Positions 1 to 9,267 are shown, counted from the first letter of the stretch. The stretch is DNA of 59,170 nt from Candidatus Campbellbacteria bacterium (GCA_034521025.1 JAXHMZ010000004.1:107315-166484), one strand, 5' to 3'. Translations and numbers: made by a program. Notes: generated from the sequence alone by a model not told the origin.

Positions 1-1
1 A

Positions 2-613
2 TTTATATTGGACGGCATACCCCCTGCACCACGAGGAGTTCCGCAAATTGAAGTAACATTTGATGTTGATGCTAACGGTATTTTGAACGTTAAGGCAGTA
101 GATAAATCAAGCGGTAAAGAGCAATCTATCCGCATTGAAGCTACTGCCGGACTAAGCGAAGAAGAAATTGAAAAAATGCGCGAGGATGCTGAAAAGCACG
201 CCGAGGAAGACGAGAAACGACAAAAATTGATAGAGGCCCAAAATGCGGCAGATCAACTAATCTACACTTCTGAGAAATCTCTGCAAGATAACAAAGATAC
301 ACTTTCTGAGGATCTCAAGAATTCGGTTCAAGAAAAGATCGATGAACTGAAAAAAGCCAAAGAAAGCGAAGACGCCTCGGAAATAGAGTCTAAAACACAA
401 GCGCTATCAACTGAGATCCAAAAGATTGGCGAACAAATGGCGCAGCAGCAACAGGCGCAAGCTGGCGGCGCATCTCAGGGAGAAGCAGGAGGAACTGAAG
501 AGCAAACAGGCGGATCTGAGAGTGAGGGAGAAACGAAAGATGCTGAAGTTAAAGAAGATGAAGACGATACGAGTAGCGAAAATAAAGACGAAGACCAAAA
601 CAAAAACTCTTAA
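2..613 (+). CDS. dnaK: Chaperone DnaK (Hsp70), C-terminal part; 5' truncated by window edge
   Basis: [28 protein letters not shown] substrate-binding domain motif, helical lid, acidic tail; upstream of dnaJ. Confidence 0.98.
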   Translation, partial: FILDGIPPAPRGVPQIEVTFDVDANGILNVKAVDKSSGKEQSIRIEATAGLSEEEIEKMREDAEKHAEEDEKRQKLIEAQNAADQLIYTSEKSLQDNKDTLSEDLKNSVQEKIDELKKAKESEDASEIESKTQALSTEIQKIGEQMAQQQQAQAGGASQGEAGGTEEQTGGSESEGETKDAEVKEDEDDTSSENKDEDQNKNS

Positions 614-635
614 AATCTAAATCTTTCGAGCAACC

Positions 636-1703
636 ATGGCAAAAGACTATTACAAAATTCTTGGAGTTGAGAAAAAAGCCTCGAAGGATGATATCAAAAA
701 AGCATTTCGGAAACTGGCACACAAGTACCACCCCGATAAAAAAGGAGGAGATGAGAATAAATTCAAGGAAGTGAGCGAGGCGTATTCTGTATTGTCTGAC
801 GACAAGAAGCGCGCTGAATACGATTCGTATGGACGTACGTTCAACGAGGCCGGTGGAGCCGGTGCCGGTGGTTTTGACTTTTCTGGCTTCCAGCAAGCCG
901 GAGGTCAAGGTTTTGATTTCCAGGATTTTGACTTTGGAGATATTTTCAACGAATTCTTTGGCGGTGGCGGTCGTCGACAAAAAAGAGGCCGAGATATATC
1001 CATTGATGTAGAGATAGATTTTAGAGATTCTGTCTTTGGCACAAAAAGAAAGGTCCTTTTGACCAAAACCTCTGTTTGTGACGTATGCCAGGGTTCCGGA
1101 GCAAAGAAGGGAACAAATATGAAAACCTGCGGGACTTGCCAAGGCGCAGGTAAAGTCAATGAAACTCGCAACTCTATCTTCGGTTCATTTACAACTGTGA
1201 GACCATGTACTGCTTGTAATGGAAGAGGAGAAGTTCCGGAAGAACCTTGTGGTACCTGTTCTGGTCAGGGTGTTGTTAATCGGCAAGAAGAAATAACTAT
1301 CGCTATACCTGCCGGCATTGAAGACGGACAAATGATCCGTATGGGAGGTATGGGTGAAGCCGTAGCCGGAGGAATACCCGGAGATCTTTATGTCAAGGTT
1401 CATGTGAGCAAGCACTCAACACTGAGAAAGCAGGGAGAAAATCTGGTGATGAATCTTAATGTCAAACTCACCGACGCTTTGCTCGGAGCAGAGTATAGTA
1501 TAGAGACCCTTGACGGCAACTTGAAACTAAAAATACCCGAGGGCACAAATTCAGGTGATACCTTGCGTGTGAAAGGCAAGGGAGTTGTAATTTCGGGCAA
1601 TAAACGCGGTGACCTGTTGGTCAAAATTCAAATCGATCATCCGAAGAAGTTATCCAGAAAAGCCAAAAAATTACTCAAAGAGCTACAAGACGAGGGAATA
1701 TAA
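636..1703 (+). CDS. dnaJ: Chaperone DnaJ
   Basis: J domain with HPD, G/F-rich region, four CxxCxGxG repeats. Confidence 0.99.
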   Translation: MAKDYYKILGVEKKASKDDIKKAFRKLAHKYHPDKKGGDENKFKEVSEAYSVLSDDKKRAEYDSYGRTFNEAGGAGAGGFDFSGFQQAGGQGFDFQDFDFGDIFNEFFGGGGRRQKRGRDISIDVEIDFRDSVFGTKRKVLLTKTSVCDVCQGSGAKKGTNMKTCGTCQGAGKVNETRNSIFGSFTTVRPCTACNGRGEVPEEPCGTCSGQGVVNRQEEITIAIPAGIEDGQMIRMGGMGEAVAGGIPGDLYVKVHVSKHSTLRKQGENLVMNLNVKLTDALLGAEYSIETLDGNLKLKIPEGTNSGDTLRVKGKGVVISGNKRGDLLVKIQIDHPKKLSRKAKKLLKELQDEGI

Positions 1704-1708
1704 AGAAG

Positions 1709-1744
1709 ATCAAAAGCCAGCTATTTATTATGCTGGCTTTTGAT
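1709..1744 (+). terminator. Intrinsic terminator after dnaJ
   Basis: ATCAAAAGCCAGC-loop-GCTGGCTTTTGAT inverted repeat. Confidence 0.8.
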
Positions 1745-1788
1745 TTATATACAGAAAGTATGGAACGTTGTATAGTAAAAAAAGTAAC

Positions 1789-2490
1789 ATGAAATTCTTA
1801 TACTCAGTTTTTCTCTTGATAGGTGGGTATTTAACTGTAGTAATACAATATTTAGTTAGACTTACTTCCAGGCCTTTATTTATTCTTTTTCTTCGTTTAG
1901 AAGTACGCGGCACAGAGAACATTCCCAAAGATGGGCAGGTAATTTTTGCTACAAATCATACTAGTAAATTTGATCCTTTCTTGCTTCAAACATCGCTGCC
2001 TTTATTTTCTAGACACATACCATTATTTTTCGTTACTAGGGAAAAAAGATTTTATACATCGGGGATCATAGAAAAACTGCTTTATGGAGGTTGGTTCTTT
2101 CGGCTTATTGGTGGATACCCGGCATATGAAGGAAAAAAGGATTATGCATATTCACTACGTGAACATATAAAAATATTAGAAAGCGGAAGAAGTACGTGTA
2201 TTTTCCCAGAAGGAGGTTTGGCAAAAAATGGCCACGAAGGAAAATATCGTGGAGGTGTCGGATACTTATCGTATGCAGCGAATACACCAGTATTACCAGT
2301 ATATATTAAAGGAATTGAAAATATCACATTTATTAAGTTTTTATTACGCAGAAGAAAGGTTAGAATTAGAATCGGTGAGCCTCTTCATTTTGGTTATGAA
2401 AACAATGAAGAGAATGACCAACCTGGTGTTTTTGCATTCAAGGATTTCGCAAGAAAAGTGGTCGAGGGAATATATAAAGAGAAAATATAG
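1789..2490 (+). CDS. PlsC/LPLAT-family lysophospholipid acyltransferase (ORF track start 1768; ATG 1789 more likely)
   Basis: NHTSKFD (HX4D) and FPEG motifs, PVLPVYI block, N-terminal hydrophobic segment. Confidence 0.88.
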   Translation: MKFLYSVFLLIGGYLTVVIQYLVRLTSRPLFILFLRLEVRGTENIPKDGQVIFATNHTSKFDPFLLQTSLPLFSRHIPLFFVTREKRFYTSGIIEKLLYGGWFFRLIGGYPAYEGKKDYAYSLREHIKILESGRSTCIFPEGGLAKNGHEGKYRGGVGYLSYAANTPVLPVYIKGIENITFIKFLLRRRKVRIRIGEPLHFGYENNEENDQPGVFAFKDFARKVVEGIYKEKI

Positions 2491-2634
2491 AGAGTATTTA
2501 TACTTAGTTACTACGTGAGGATATAAGGGAGTTTGATATTAAAGGGATGGACGACTTAGAAGAGGTGGGAAAAGTTGAGCTATAGTCAAGTTTTTGCTTT
2601 TGGTGTTATACTTTATAGAGAGTAAGATATAAGT

Positions 2635-4278
2635 GTGGTTATAGATTCTTGCATGAATGAAGAGGTAATTAGGAAAATTTTAGGGTTAAAATTAGATAAA
2701 AAGGTTTGTCTAACACCTTACGAAATGGCTAAGACCATTAAGGTGACTTTTTTTCCGTATGATAAAGAAAAAGTATCAAATAATGTTATCAAGTTTGCAG
2801 AAAAGATTGAGAGTCAGATAAAAGATATTGGTGTTGAAGTCGTACCCTATAATGAATCATTGTCCCACGTCTCTTTTTTAGAAAATCTAAAGAAAGTTAT
2901 AAAAATTACATTAAATAATATTTTTTTTATAATCTATTCATTGTTTAAAATTAATAAAAGAAGAGGGTATATACCATTTGTATCTATTAAAAGTATTTGG
3001 AAAAGAAATAGAATTCAAAAAAATATATCAATAATTTCATTAGGATCTCATCCAGAATGGAAGATGCCTGTGGATTATACGTCTAGTTTATCCGATAATC
3101 AGGTCATATCTATACTTGATTGGCCAAGTGAAATTACTGAAAGGTCATCTTTTGATGATCATTTTAATAAAGCAATGGAACTATTTGCTTTTAATATAAG
3201 TCATGTAGTTCTAGCTACAGATGGAAATAAATTTATCCTATACAATTTCAATCTAGCACATCCTGTTTATAGACTGAATGATAGAGAGGTTAAAGGAGCG
3301 CTTTTATGGGCTCTAATTCCAAAGTTAGCGGCCCCGATAATGCCACCAACACTAAGGGATTTTAAAATTGATAACAATTCTTTTTCTGTAGTAGGGAATA
3401 ATCAAGAAGAACATATTAATGATTTAGTAAACGGATCAAAAAAATTTTCAAAAACAAACCTATATCCTACTGGTAAGAAAGTAGATGATCTACCGTTTAG
3501 AAATGAATTTTATAAATGGATTGGAAAATTACATCTAGATCACAGAAGTGGAATGAGTTATGGTTTTTTGGCAAAACAGTTACCTATAAAGTTGAAAAAC
3601 CCTGAAAAAATTAACAAAGAACCCATAGAAAAAATTTATAAAGACGAAGATGGTTATTACCACGTTTATTTGAATATTAAAAATGAATGGTTTGATGTTA
3701 CTGTTCCGGATGTGTGGGTTTTAACACAAAGATCGGGTTCAGATAAAACTAAAATGGATCCGAAGAGCGATATTATTAAAATTGGTCTAGTGAAAGGTGA
3801 GAAGATAATTCAATTTCCTAAGAATGGTTTTAACTATAAAGAATCAAGACCATCGTTTGATACGAATGTAATTATTGCTCACGCTGTTGGTAACGGTATT
3901 ATTGCAAATTTATTACTCGGATTAGATAAAAGTTCTTATTTTTGTAAACAAGCATATAAAGGTGGTTTTTCCATCAGTCATTGGCATGGTTATTGGAATA
4001 AAAATAAAGTACCAAAAGGTTTACATATGCATGGAATGCAAAATCCACATGTATCTTGTTCATCTCCGCAGTCTGCAATTTACGCACTTCAAGGTAAATT
4101 ACAAACATTTATTAAAGCTTATGAAAATGGAGAAGAATACAAGGGTGACATCCATATAGAACCTCATCATGGAAGCAATGTAACATTCGAGTCAGTTACC
4201 GACCTTGCAGATATTATTTCCGAAGACCTAGAAATTACAAAATTGGGAAATCAATATTTAATAGATTATACTGTATAA
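2635..4278 (+). CDS. Hypothetical protein with C-terminal class II aldolase/adducin-like metal-binding domain (probable start ATG 2653)
   Basis: Ordered motifs GMSYGFLAK, LTQRSG..DII, RPSFD, SHWHG, PHVSCSS, EPHHG resemble the FucA/AraD-family pattern; AT-rich. Confidence 0.55.
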   Translation: MVIDSCMNEEVIRKILGLKLDKKVCLTPYEMAKTIKVTFFPYDKEKVSNNVIKFAEKIESQIKDIGVEVVPYNESLSHVSFLENLKKVIKITLNNIFFIIYSLFKINKRRGYIPFVSIKSIWKRNRIQKNISIISLGSHPEWKMPVDYTSSLSDNQVISILDWPSEITERSSFDDHFNKAMELFAFNISHVVLATDGNKFILYNFNLAHPVYRLNDREVKGALLWALIPKLAAPIMPPTLRDFKIDNNSFSVVGNNQEEHINDLVNGSKKFSKTNLYPTGKKVDDLPFRNEFYKWIGKLHLDHRSGMSYGFLAKQLPIKLKNPEKINKEPIEKIYKDEDGYYHVYLNIKNEWFDVTVPDVWVLTQRSGSDKTKMDPKSDIIKIGLVKGEKIIQFPKNGFNYKESRPSFDTNVIIAHAVGNGIIANLLLGLDKSSYFCKQAYKGGFSISHWHGYWNKNKVPKGLHMHGMQNPHVSCSSPQSAIYALQGKLQTFIKAYENGEEYKGDIHIEPHHGSNVTFESVTDLADIISEDLEITKLGNQYLIDYTV

Positions 4279-4297
4279 TAATATGTAGTGAGAAATT

Positions 4298-5908
4298 ATG
4301 GAGATTTACTTCAACTACTATAGCATATCCCTATTAATAGGAGCTTTTACTGCGTTATTGTCGGGCGTAATTGTATACATAAATGACAGAAAAAGATTGG
4401 AGAACCAGGCTTGGTTGGGTTTGACAATGAGCACAGCTTTATGGAGCACTTTTTATTTCTTGATGATAGTTTCCGTAGACAAACAGTTTGCTTTAGTAAG
4501 TAATATTATTTTACATGTAGGAGCTATTTTAATTCCTTTATTTTATTTACTTTTAGTAATTTTTATTACAAATACATATAAAAAACACAGACCTATTTTT
4601 TTAACAGCAGTAGTTGTCGGATTCCTATTTTTAATAATAAATCCTACTGAGTTATTTATTCGCGATGTAGTACCGAAATTTGTTTTTAATTTTGCTCCAG
4701 ACGCAGGGCCTTTATATTTTATATTTTTTCTATATTTTTCTTTATTAGTAATTTACGGATTAGTTATAATCGCCCGAACTTATGCTAAAGAAAATGTAGA
4801 AATAGAAAAGCAAAAGCTAAAATACGTTTTTATATTTACCATAGCCGCTGTTATAGGAGGAGGTAGTGTGTTCTTTTTAACATTTAATATTAATGTACCA
4901 CCATACCCACTCATTCTTTTTTCATTATATCCAGCGATAAGCGGTTACGCCATTTATAGATACCAGTTGTTCAATACAAAGCTTGTTGCTACACAATTGT
5001 TTACATTCATACTATGGATATTTATTCTAATTAGAATTCTATTTGCACAAAATACAGTCGACCAGATTTTCAACAGTACACTTTTATTACTTTCGGTAAT
5101 ATTTGGTTTATTAATAATCAAAAGTGTCATGCAAGAGATTGAATCTCGTGAGCGAATAGAAAAATTGGCAGAAGAATTGCGGGGCGCGAATGCAAAACTA
5201 CACAGGGTAAACATGCTTAAAACGGAGTTTGTGTCGGTTGCTACTCATCAGCTGCGAAGTCCTTTAACTGCGATAAAAGGATATACGTCGATGATACTAG
5301 AAGATACCTACGGTAAGGTTCCAAAGAAACTAAAGGAACCCCTCGAGAGAGTTTTTCGATCTACAGAATCTCTAACTCAAGTCGTGCAAGACTTTTTGGA
5401 TGTTTCTCGCATTGAACAAGGTAGTATGAATTATAATTTTGCCGCATTTGATTTTAAGGATCTTGTCACCGAAGTTGTAGAGGATCAAAAGCCCAACATT
5501 GAGAAATCTGGTCTTGAGGTTACGTTTGAAAAAGAAGAACACCCTGAAGAGAAGAACTATATCTTGCGCGGAGATAGACTGAAATTCAAACAGGTAATAA
5601 CCAATTTGATCGATAACGCGATCAAGTATACTAAAGAAGGCTTTATACGCATTTCATTAAGAAACAAAGATGGAAAAATACGTTTAGAGGTAGCTGATAG
5701 TGGAATGGGCATAAACGAGAAAACACTAAAAACTCTGTTCAAAAAATTTCATCGAGCCGACAACGCAGACGAAGTAAATGTTCAAGGAACAGGACTCGGT
5801 CTATATATCGCAAAACAGATCGTAGAAACACACAATGGCAAGATCTGGGCTGAATCAGACGGACTCGGCGAGGGCTCAACCTTTATAATAGAGCTTGATA
5901 ATAATTAA
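4298..5908 (+). CDS. Sensor histidine kinase with N-terminal multi-pass (7TM-type) sensor, HisKA and HATPase_c
   Basis: Many TM segments; H-box ATHQLRSPL, N-box DNAIKYT, G1 DSGMGI, G2 GTGLGL; no adjacent response regulator. Confidence 0.93.
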   Translation: MEIYFNYYSISLLIGAFTALLSGVIVYINDRKRLENQAWLGLTMSTALWSTFYFLMIVSVDKQFALVSNIILHVGAILIPLFYLLLVIFITNTYKKHRPIFLTAVVVGFLFLIINPTELFIRDVVPKFVFNFAPDAGPLYFIFFLYFSLLVIYGLVIIARTYAKENVEIEKQKLKYVFIFTIAAVIGGGSVFFLTFNINVPPYPLILFSLYPAISGYAIYRYQLFNTKLVATQLFTFILWIFILIRILFAQNTVDQIFNSTLLLLSVIFGLLIIKSVMQEIESRERIEKLAEELRGANAKLHRVNMLKTEFVSVATHQLRSPLTAIKGYTSMILEDTYGKVPKKLKEPLERVFRSTESLTQVVQDFLDVSRIEQGSMNYNFAAFDFKDLVTEVVEDQKPNIEKSGLEVTFEKEEHPEEKNYILRGDRLKFKQVITNLIDNAIKYTKEGFIRISLRNKDGKIRLEVADSGMGINEKTLKTLFKKFHRADNADEVNVQGTGLGLYIAKQIVETHNGKIWAESDGLGEGSTFIIELDNN

Positions 5909-5945
5909 AATTCGTTGTATTTTAACTAAGACGGACAAGGTTTGT

Positions 5946-6652
5946 ATGGATTATTCTGAGAAAATTAATAGAGCCATAGAGAAAGCCGCTCTATTACACA
6001 AAAACCAAGAGCGTCTGACTCCCGAGCGAATTCCGTATATCGCTCATATTTTTTGGTGTATATTCAGTTGTCTAAATACACCAACGATGAAGATGTGTTG
6101 GTAGCGGGTATACTTCACGACGTAATAGAAGACACCGAGTATAATCTTGAGGAACTCGAAAATGATTTTGGAGAGAATGTGTCTCGTATGGTTTACGGTG
6201 TTACAGAGCCAAAATTCGATAACGCGGGTAATAAGCTGTCGTGGAAGACAAGAAAGCAAGCCTATCTTGAAAATCTCAAAGAAGATTCAGAAGGGAGCAT
6301 GCTTATTTGTGTAGCAGATAAAATATGTAATCTGCGTTCTCTTGCAAAAGATCATAGCGTTTACGATGAAGATCTGTGGGAAATGTTGACCGCAAGTTAC
6401 GAGTACAAGATGTGGTACCACAAGCAAGTTGTAGAAATACTTGAAAATAGGATTAGTAACAAAGTGGCTCTCTATGATCTCAAACACACCTTGGATAACA
6501 CAAAAGTTGAGATAGAAGGGCAGGAAAATAGTGAAAAATATTATGGTTTTAATAGATATCCGCGCTTTGTAGTAAACGCTCTAAATTCGTTGCGCCTAAG
6601 CGATTTGTTTGCTAGAATCCTCAGGTATGGAAAAAGAAACACCACAAATTAA
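5946..6652 (+). CDS. HD-domain hydrolase, RelA/SpoT-hydrolase (Mesh1/SAH)-like; split by a 1-nt frameshift at the T-run ~6047-6052
   Basis: Joins ORF 5895-6104 (MDYSEKINRAIEKAALLH..PYIAH) and 6053-6652 (AGILHDVIEDT..VADKICN). Confidence 0.8.
6590..6618 (+). promoter_or_regulatory. Putative sigma70 promoter for rpsB inside 3' end of HD gene
   Basis: TTGCGC-17bp-TAGAAT with TG extension; ATG 8 nt downstream. Confidence 0.6.
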
Positions 6653-7325
6653 CAAGGCCGCCGTAGAAGACCTATTCAAGGTTGGCGCGCACTATGGATA
6701 CGTAAAACGATTGCGTCATCCTTCAGTTATGCCCTTTTTGTTTGGTACAAAGAATAATATAGAGATATTTGATCTAGAGAAAACGTACCAAGCTCTCGAA
6801 GAAGCTAAATCATATGTTTCTGGGTTAGCCCAGAAAGGCAAAATGATCTTATTTGTATCCGGCAAAGCTGAAGGAAAGGAAGCGATAAAGAAAGCGGCTG
6901 AGTCGATTCAGATGCCGTATGTAAACGGGCGCTGGAAAGGTGGTACTCTTACTAACTTTGAAGAAATTCGAAAAAGAGTTAAAAAACTTGAAGAATTAGT
7001 AGAAAAAAGGGAAGCTGGTGAGCTGGGAAAATATACTAAAAAAGAAAGGCTACTTATAGATCGTGAAATTAATTCTCTCGAAGAAGGGTTTGCGGGTCTG
7101 ACTCAGATGACACGACTACCCGATGCGATTTATATAGTAGATGTGGCTCACGAGGAAATCGCATTGAGTGAAGCTAGAACGCTTGGTATTCCAGTAATTA
7201 GTCTTTCAAATTCAGACTGCGATTTCTCAAAAATTGACTATCCGATTCCGGGTAACGACGCTAATTTGCACAGCATTACTTACTTCACAAGTCAGATAGC
7301 TGAAGCGTATAAACAAGCTCAGTAG
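6627..7325 (+). CDS. rpsB: 30S ribosomal protein S2 (true start likely ATG 6627)
   Basis: GAHYG, IFDLEKT, GGTLTNF, IPGNDAN motifs; followed by tsf. Confidence 0.98.
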   Translation: MEKETPQINKAAVEDLFKVGAHYGYVKRLRHPSVMPFLFGTKNNIEIFDLEKTYQALEEAKSYVSGLAQKGKMILFVSGKAEGKEAIKKAAESIQMPYVNGRWKGGTLTNFEEIRKRVKKLEELVEKREAGELGKYTKKERLLIDREINSLEEGFAGLTQMTRLPDAIYIVDVAHEEIALSEARTLGIPVISLSNSDCDFSKIDYPIPGNDANLHSITYFTSQIAEAYKQAQ

Positions 7326-7360
7326 AATTATAATTTAACTGTTTATTAAGAAGAGATTTT

Positions 7361-7948
7361 ATGGCGACAACTGAGGAAATAAAAACATTACGAGAAAAGA
7401 CGGGTATTTCTGTGATGCAATGCAAAAAAGCCCTTGAAGAGGCAGGAGGAGACATGGATAAAGCCCTTATAATTCTCACAAAGAAGTCTGGTGATATAGT
7501 CTCAAAAAAGAGCGATAGAGAGCTCGGAGCAGGAGTTATAAAGGCGTATATACACGGAGGAGGAACTGTTGGAGCAATGGTGGAGCTTGATTCCGAGACT
7601 GACTTTGTCGCTAAACACGAAGATTTTGGCAAACTGGCATATGACATAGCAATGCATATAGCTGCCCAAAAGCCCACTTATCTCTCCCGAGAAGACGTGA
7701 AAGATGAAGATCTGGTAAAGGCAAAAGAGGTGTTCCAAGAAGAAGTGAAGGACAAACCTGAAGAGATGCAAGAAAAGATCCTTGAAGGCAAGATAGATTC
7801 ATACCTAAAAGAAAGGATATTGTTAGAGCAACCCTTTATCAAGGATATGGAAAAGACAGTCGGTGATCTTGTGAGTGAAGCTACGCAAAAATTCGGTGAA
7901 AAGGTAAAAATTGCCCGATACGAATGCTTTACGGTTCTTGGTGAATAA
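7361..7948 (+). CDS. tsf: Elongation factor Ts (short form)
   Basis: LREKTGISVMQCKKALEE and ETDFVAK motifs. Confidence 0.98.
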   Translation: MATTEEIKTLREKTGISVMQCKKALEEAGGDMDKALIILTKKSGDIVSKKSDRELGAGVIKAYIHGGGTVGAMVELDSETDFVAKHEDFGKLAYDIAMHIAAQKPTYLSREDVKDEDLVKAKEVFQEEVKDKPEEMQEKILEGKIDSYLKERILLEQPFIKDMEKTVGDLVSEATQKFGEKVKIARYECFTVLGE

Positions 7949-7972
7949 TTTATAATCGCTTTGAAATAGCGC

Positions 7973-7991
7973 GCCACCTTAGCTCAGTTGG
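7973..7991 (+). repeat. 19-bp copy of the tRNA-Thr 5' end
   Basis: GCCACCTTAGCTCAGTTGG identical to 8171-8189. Confidence 0.95.
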
Positions 7992-8170
7992 ATAAAACAG
8001 AAACTGCTTTCTGTTTTATCCGGTCCCGAACGCAGAGAGGGAACTTCCGTTGTTGAGCGCAGCGAAACAGGAAGTAGGAGGAAGAGTTTACTCTAGCGAC
8101 TGAGCGAATGTGATAAAATGTCCTAAGAAATATTGCATTAAACGGTTCGTACGATTAGAGTCAGAGTTGT
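7992..8170. mobile_element. Putative non-coding hairpin mini-element at the tRNA-Thr 5' end
   Basis: Bounded by 19-bp tRNA direct repeat; perfect 14-bp hairpin 7990-8021; stem-loops with GAACGCAGAGA (8028-8038) and GAGCGCAGCGA (8055-8065) loops. Confidence 0.55.
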
Positions 8171-8243
8171 GCCACCTTAGCTCAGTTGGTAGAGCATTCG
8201 CTTTGTAAGCGAGCGGTCGTCAGTTCGAGTCTGACAGGTGGCT
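8171..8243 (+). tRNA. tRNA-Thr (anticodon TGT), CCA not encoded
   Basis: Acceptor GCCACCT/AGGTGGC, D arm AGCTCAGTTGGTAGAGC, anticodon arm TTCGC-TTTGTAA-GCGAG, T arm GTCAG-TTCGAGT-CTGAC. Confidence 0.97.
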
Positions 8244-8244
8244 C

Positions 8245-8361
8245 ACGTAGTGAGGCAACAGAAAAAGCTCATTTATGAGCTTTTGTTCAGACGAGAAAAG
8301 TTTGAGCATGTCGTGCGGAGCGCAGCGAGCACGACGCGAAAACTATACAGAATCTGTAGGA
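8245..8361. mobile_element. Putative non-coding hairpin mini-element at the tRNA-Thr 3' end
   Basis: Bounded by 21-bp tRNA direct repeat; hairpins AAAAGCTCA-TTTA-TGAGCTTTT and GTCGTGC-(G)GAGCGCAGCGA-GCACGAC. Confidence 0.55.
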
Positions 8362-8384
8362 TTCGAGTCTGACAGGTGGCTCCA
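8362..8384 (+). repeat. Copy of the tRNA-Thr 3' end (att-like), ending in CCA
   Basis: TTCGAGTCTGACAGGTGGCTC identical to 8224-8244, followed by CA. Confidence 0.95.
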
Positions 8385-8404
8385 AAAGCCAAGTAAGATC
8401 ATAA

Positions 8405-8442
8405 AAATAAACGCTTCAATCTATAGATTGAAGCGTTTATTT
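8405..8442. repeat. 38-bp perfect palindrome with GCTTCAATCTATAGATTGAAGC core (terminator/REP-like)
   Basis: Perfect inverted repeat; the 22-bp core recurs at 30352-30373. Confidence 0.9.
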
Positions 8443-8511
8443 CGTCTGAATATACGTTCAATCATAAATATACATTTATTTTTTTGCTTGTTTTGTATAT
8501 AATCGTTAGGT

Positions 8512-9252
8512 ATGCAAGAAAATGAGCATAATACAAAAGGACATCTCCATCCTTTTACTATCCTTTCGCGCAAATCTATAGATATATTAACAAAACTCGG
8601 TTTTGAAGTAGCTAGCGGACCAGAATTGGAATCCGAAGAATACAACTTTGACAAACTGAATGTGCCCAAAGATCATCCCTCGCGCGATATGCAAGATACT
8701 TTTTGGATCAAAGGAAGACCGGATCATGTTCTGCGTACTCACACATCTCCTGTGCAGGTTCGTTACATGCTTGAAAACGATCCGCCGTTGAAAGCGATCA
8801 CTATCGGTAGGGTTTATAGGAACGAGGCGACTGACGCGACGCACGAGGCTCAGTTTTACCAACTGGAGGGTCTGAGCGTGGCTGAAGGAGTAACTCTGGC
8901 GGATTTAAAGGCAACACTGAAATACTTTTTTGGCGAGCTCTTTGGTAATGATACAGAGGTGCGATTTCGTCCCAGCTTCTTTCCGTTTGTGGAACCGGGA
9001 GTAGAAGTAGATGTACGTTGTTTTAAATGTGTTGGTGCGGGCTGTGGACTTTGTAAGCACACAGGTTGGATCGAAATTATGGGCGCGGGTATGGTCCATC
9101 CAAATGTACTCGAAGCATCCGGAGTCGATTCTTCTAAATACACCGGCTTTGCATTCGGCGCCGGCTTTGATCGTATAGCTTCTTCTATTTTTCAAGTTCC
9201 GGATATAAGGTTGTTTTATTCAGCCGACTTGCGTTTTATTAATCAGTTTTAA
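8512..9252 (+). CDS. pheS: Phenylalanine-tRNA ligase alpha subunit (lacks N-terminal arm)
   Basis: HPSRDMQDTF, LRTHTSPVQ, RPSFFPFVEP, GFAFGAGFDR motifs. Confidence 0.98.
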   Translation: MQENEHNTKGHLHPFTILSRKSIDILTKLGFEVASGPELESEEYNFDKLNVPKDHPSRDMQDTFWIKGRPDHVLRTHTSPVQVRYMLENDPPLKAITIGRVYRNEATDATHEAQFYQLEGLSVAEGVTLADLKATLKYFFGELFGNDTEVRFRPSFFPFVEPGVEVDVRCFKCVGAGCGLCKHTGWIEIMGAGMVHPNVLEASGVDSSKYTGFAFGAGFDRIASSIFQVPDIRLFYSADLRFINQF

Positions 9253-9267
9253 ATAGATAGTTTCTAT

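Noticed and set aside
549-1142. Long antisense ORFs (e.g. 549-1142, 7285-7677, 28786-29340, 32566-33027, 37997-38491)
   Set aside because: Shadow frames of strongly supported genes, with no recognisable motifs
2530-2587. Short EFDIKGMDDLEEVGKVEL* reading in the cassette spacer, possible gene remnant
   Set aside because: Too short to assign, with no usable start or homology evidence
7973-8070. Second tRNA gene at 7973
   Set aside because: Only 19 nt match; no anticodon or T arm follows
7973-8384. tRNA-Thr as an intron-containing or split tRNA
   Set aside because: A complete contiguous 73-nt cloverleaf exists at 8171-8243; the outer pieces are duplicates, so no splicing is needed
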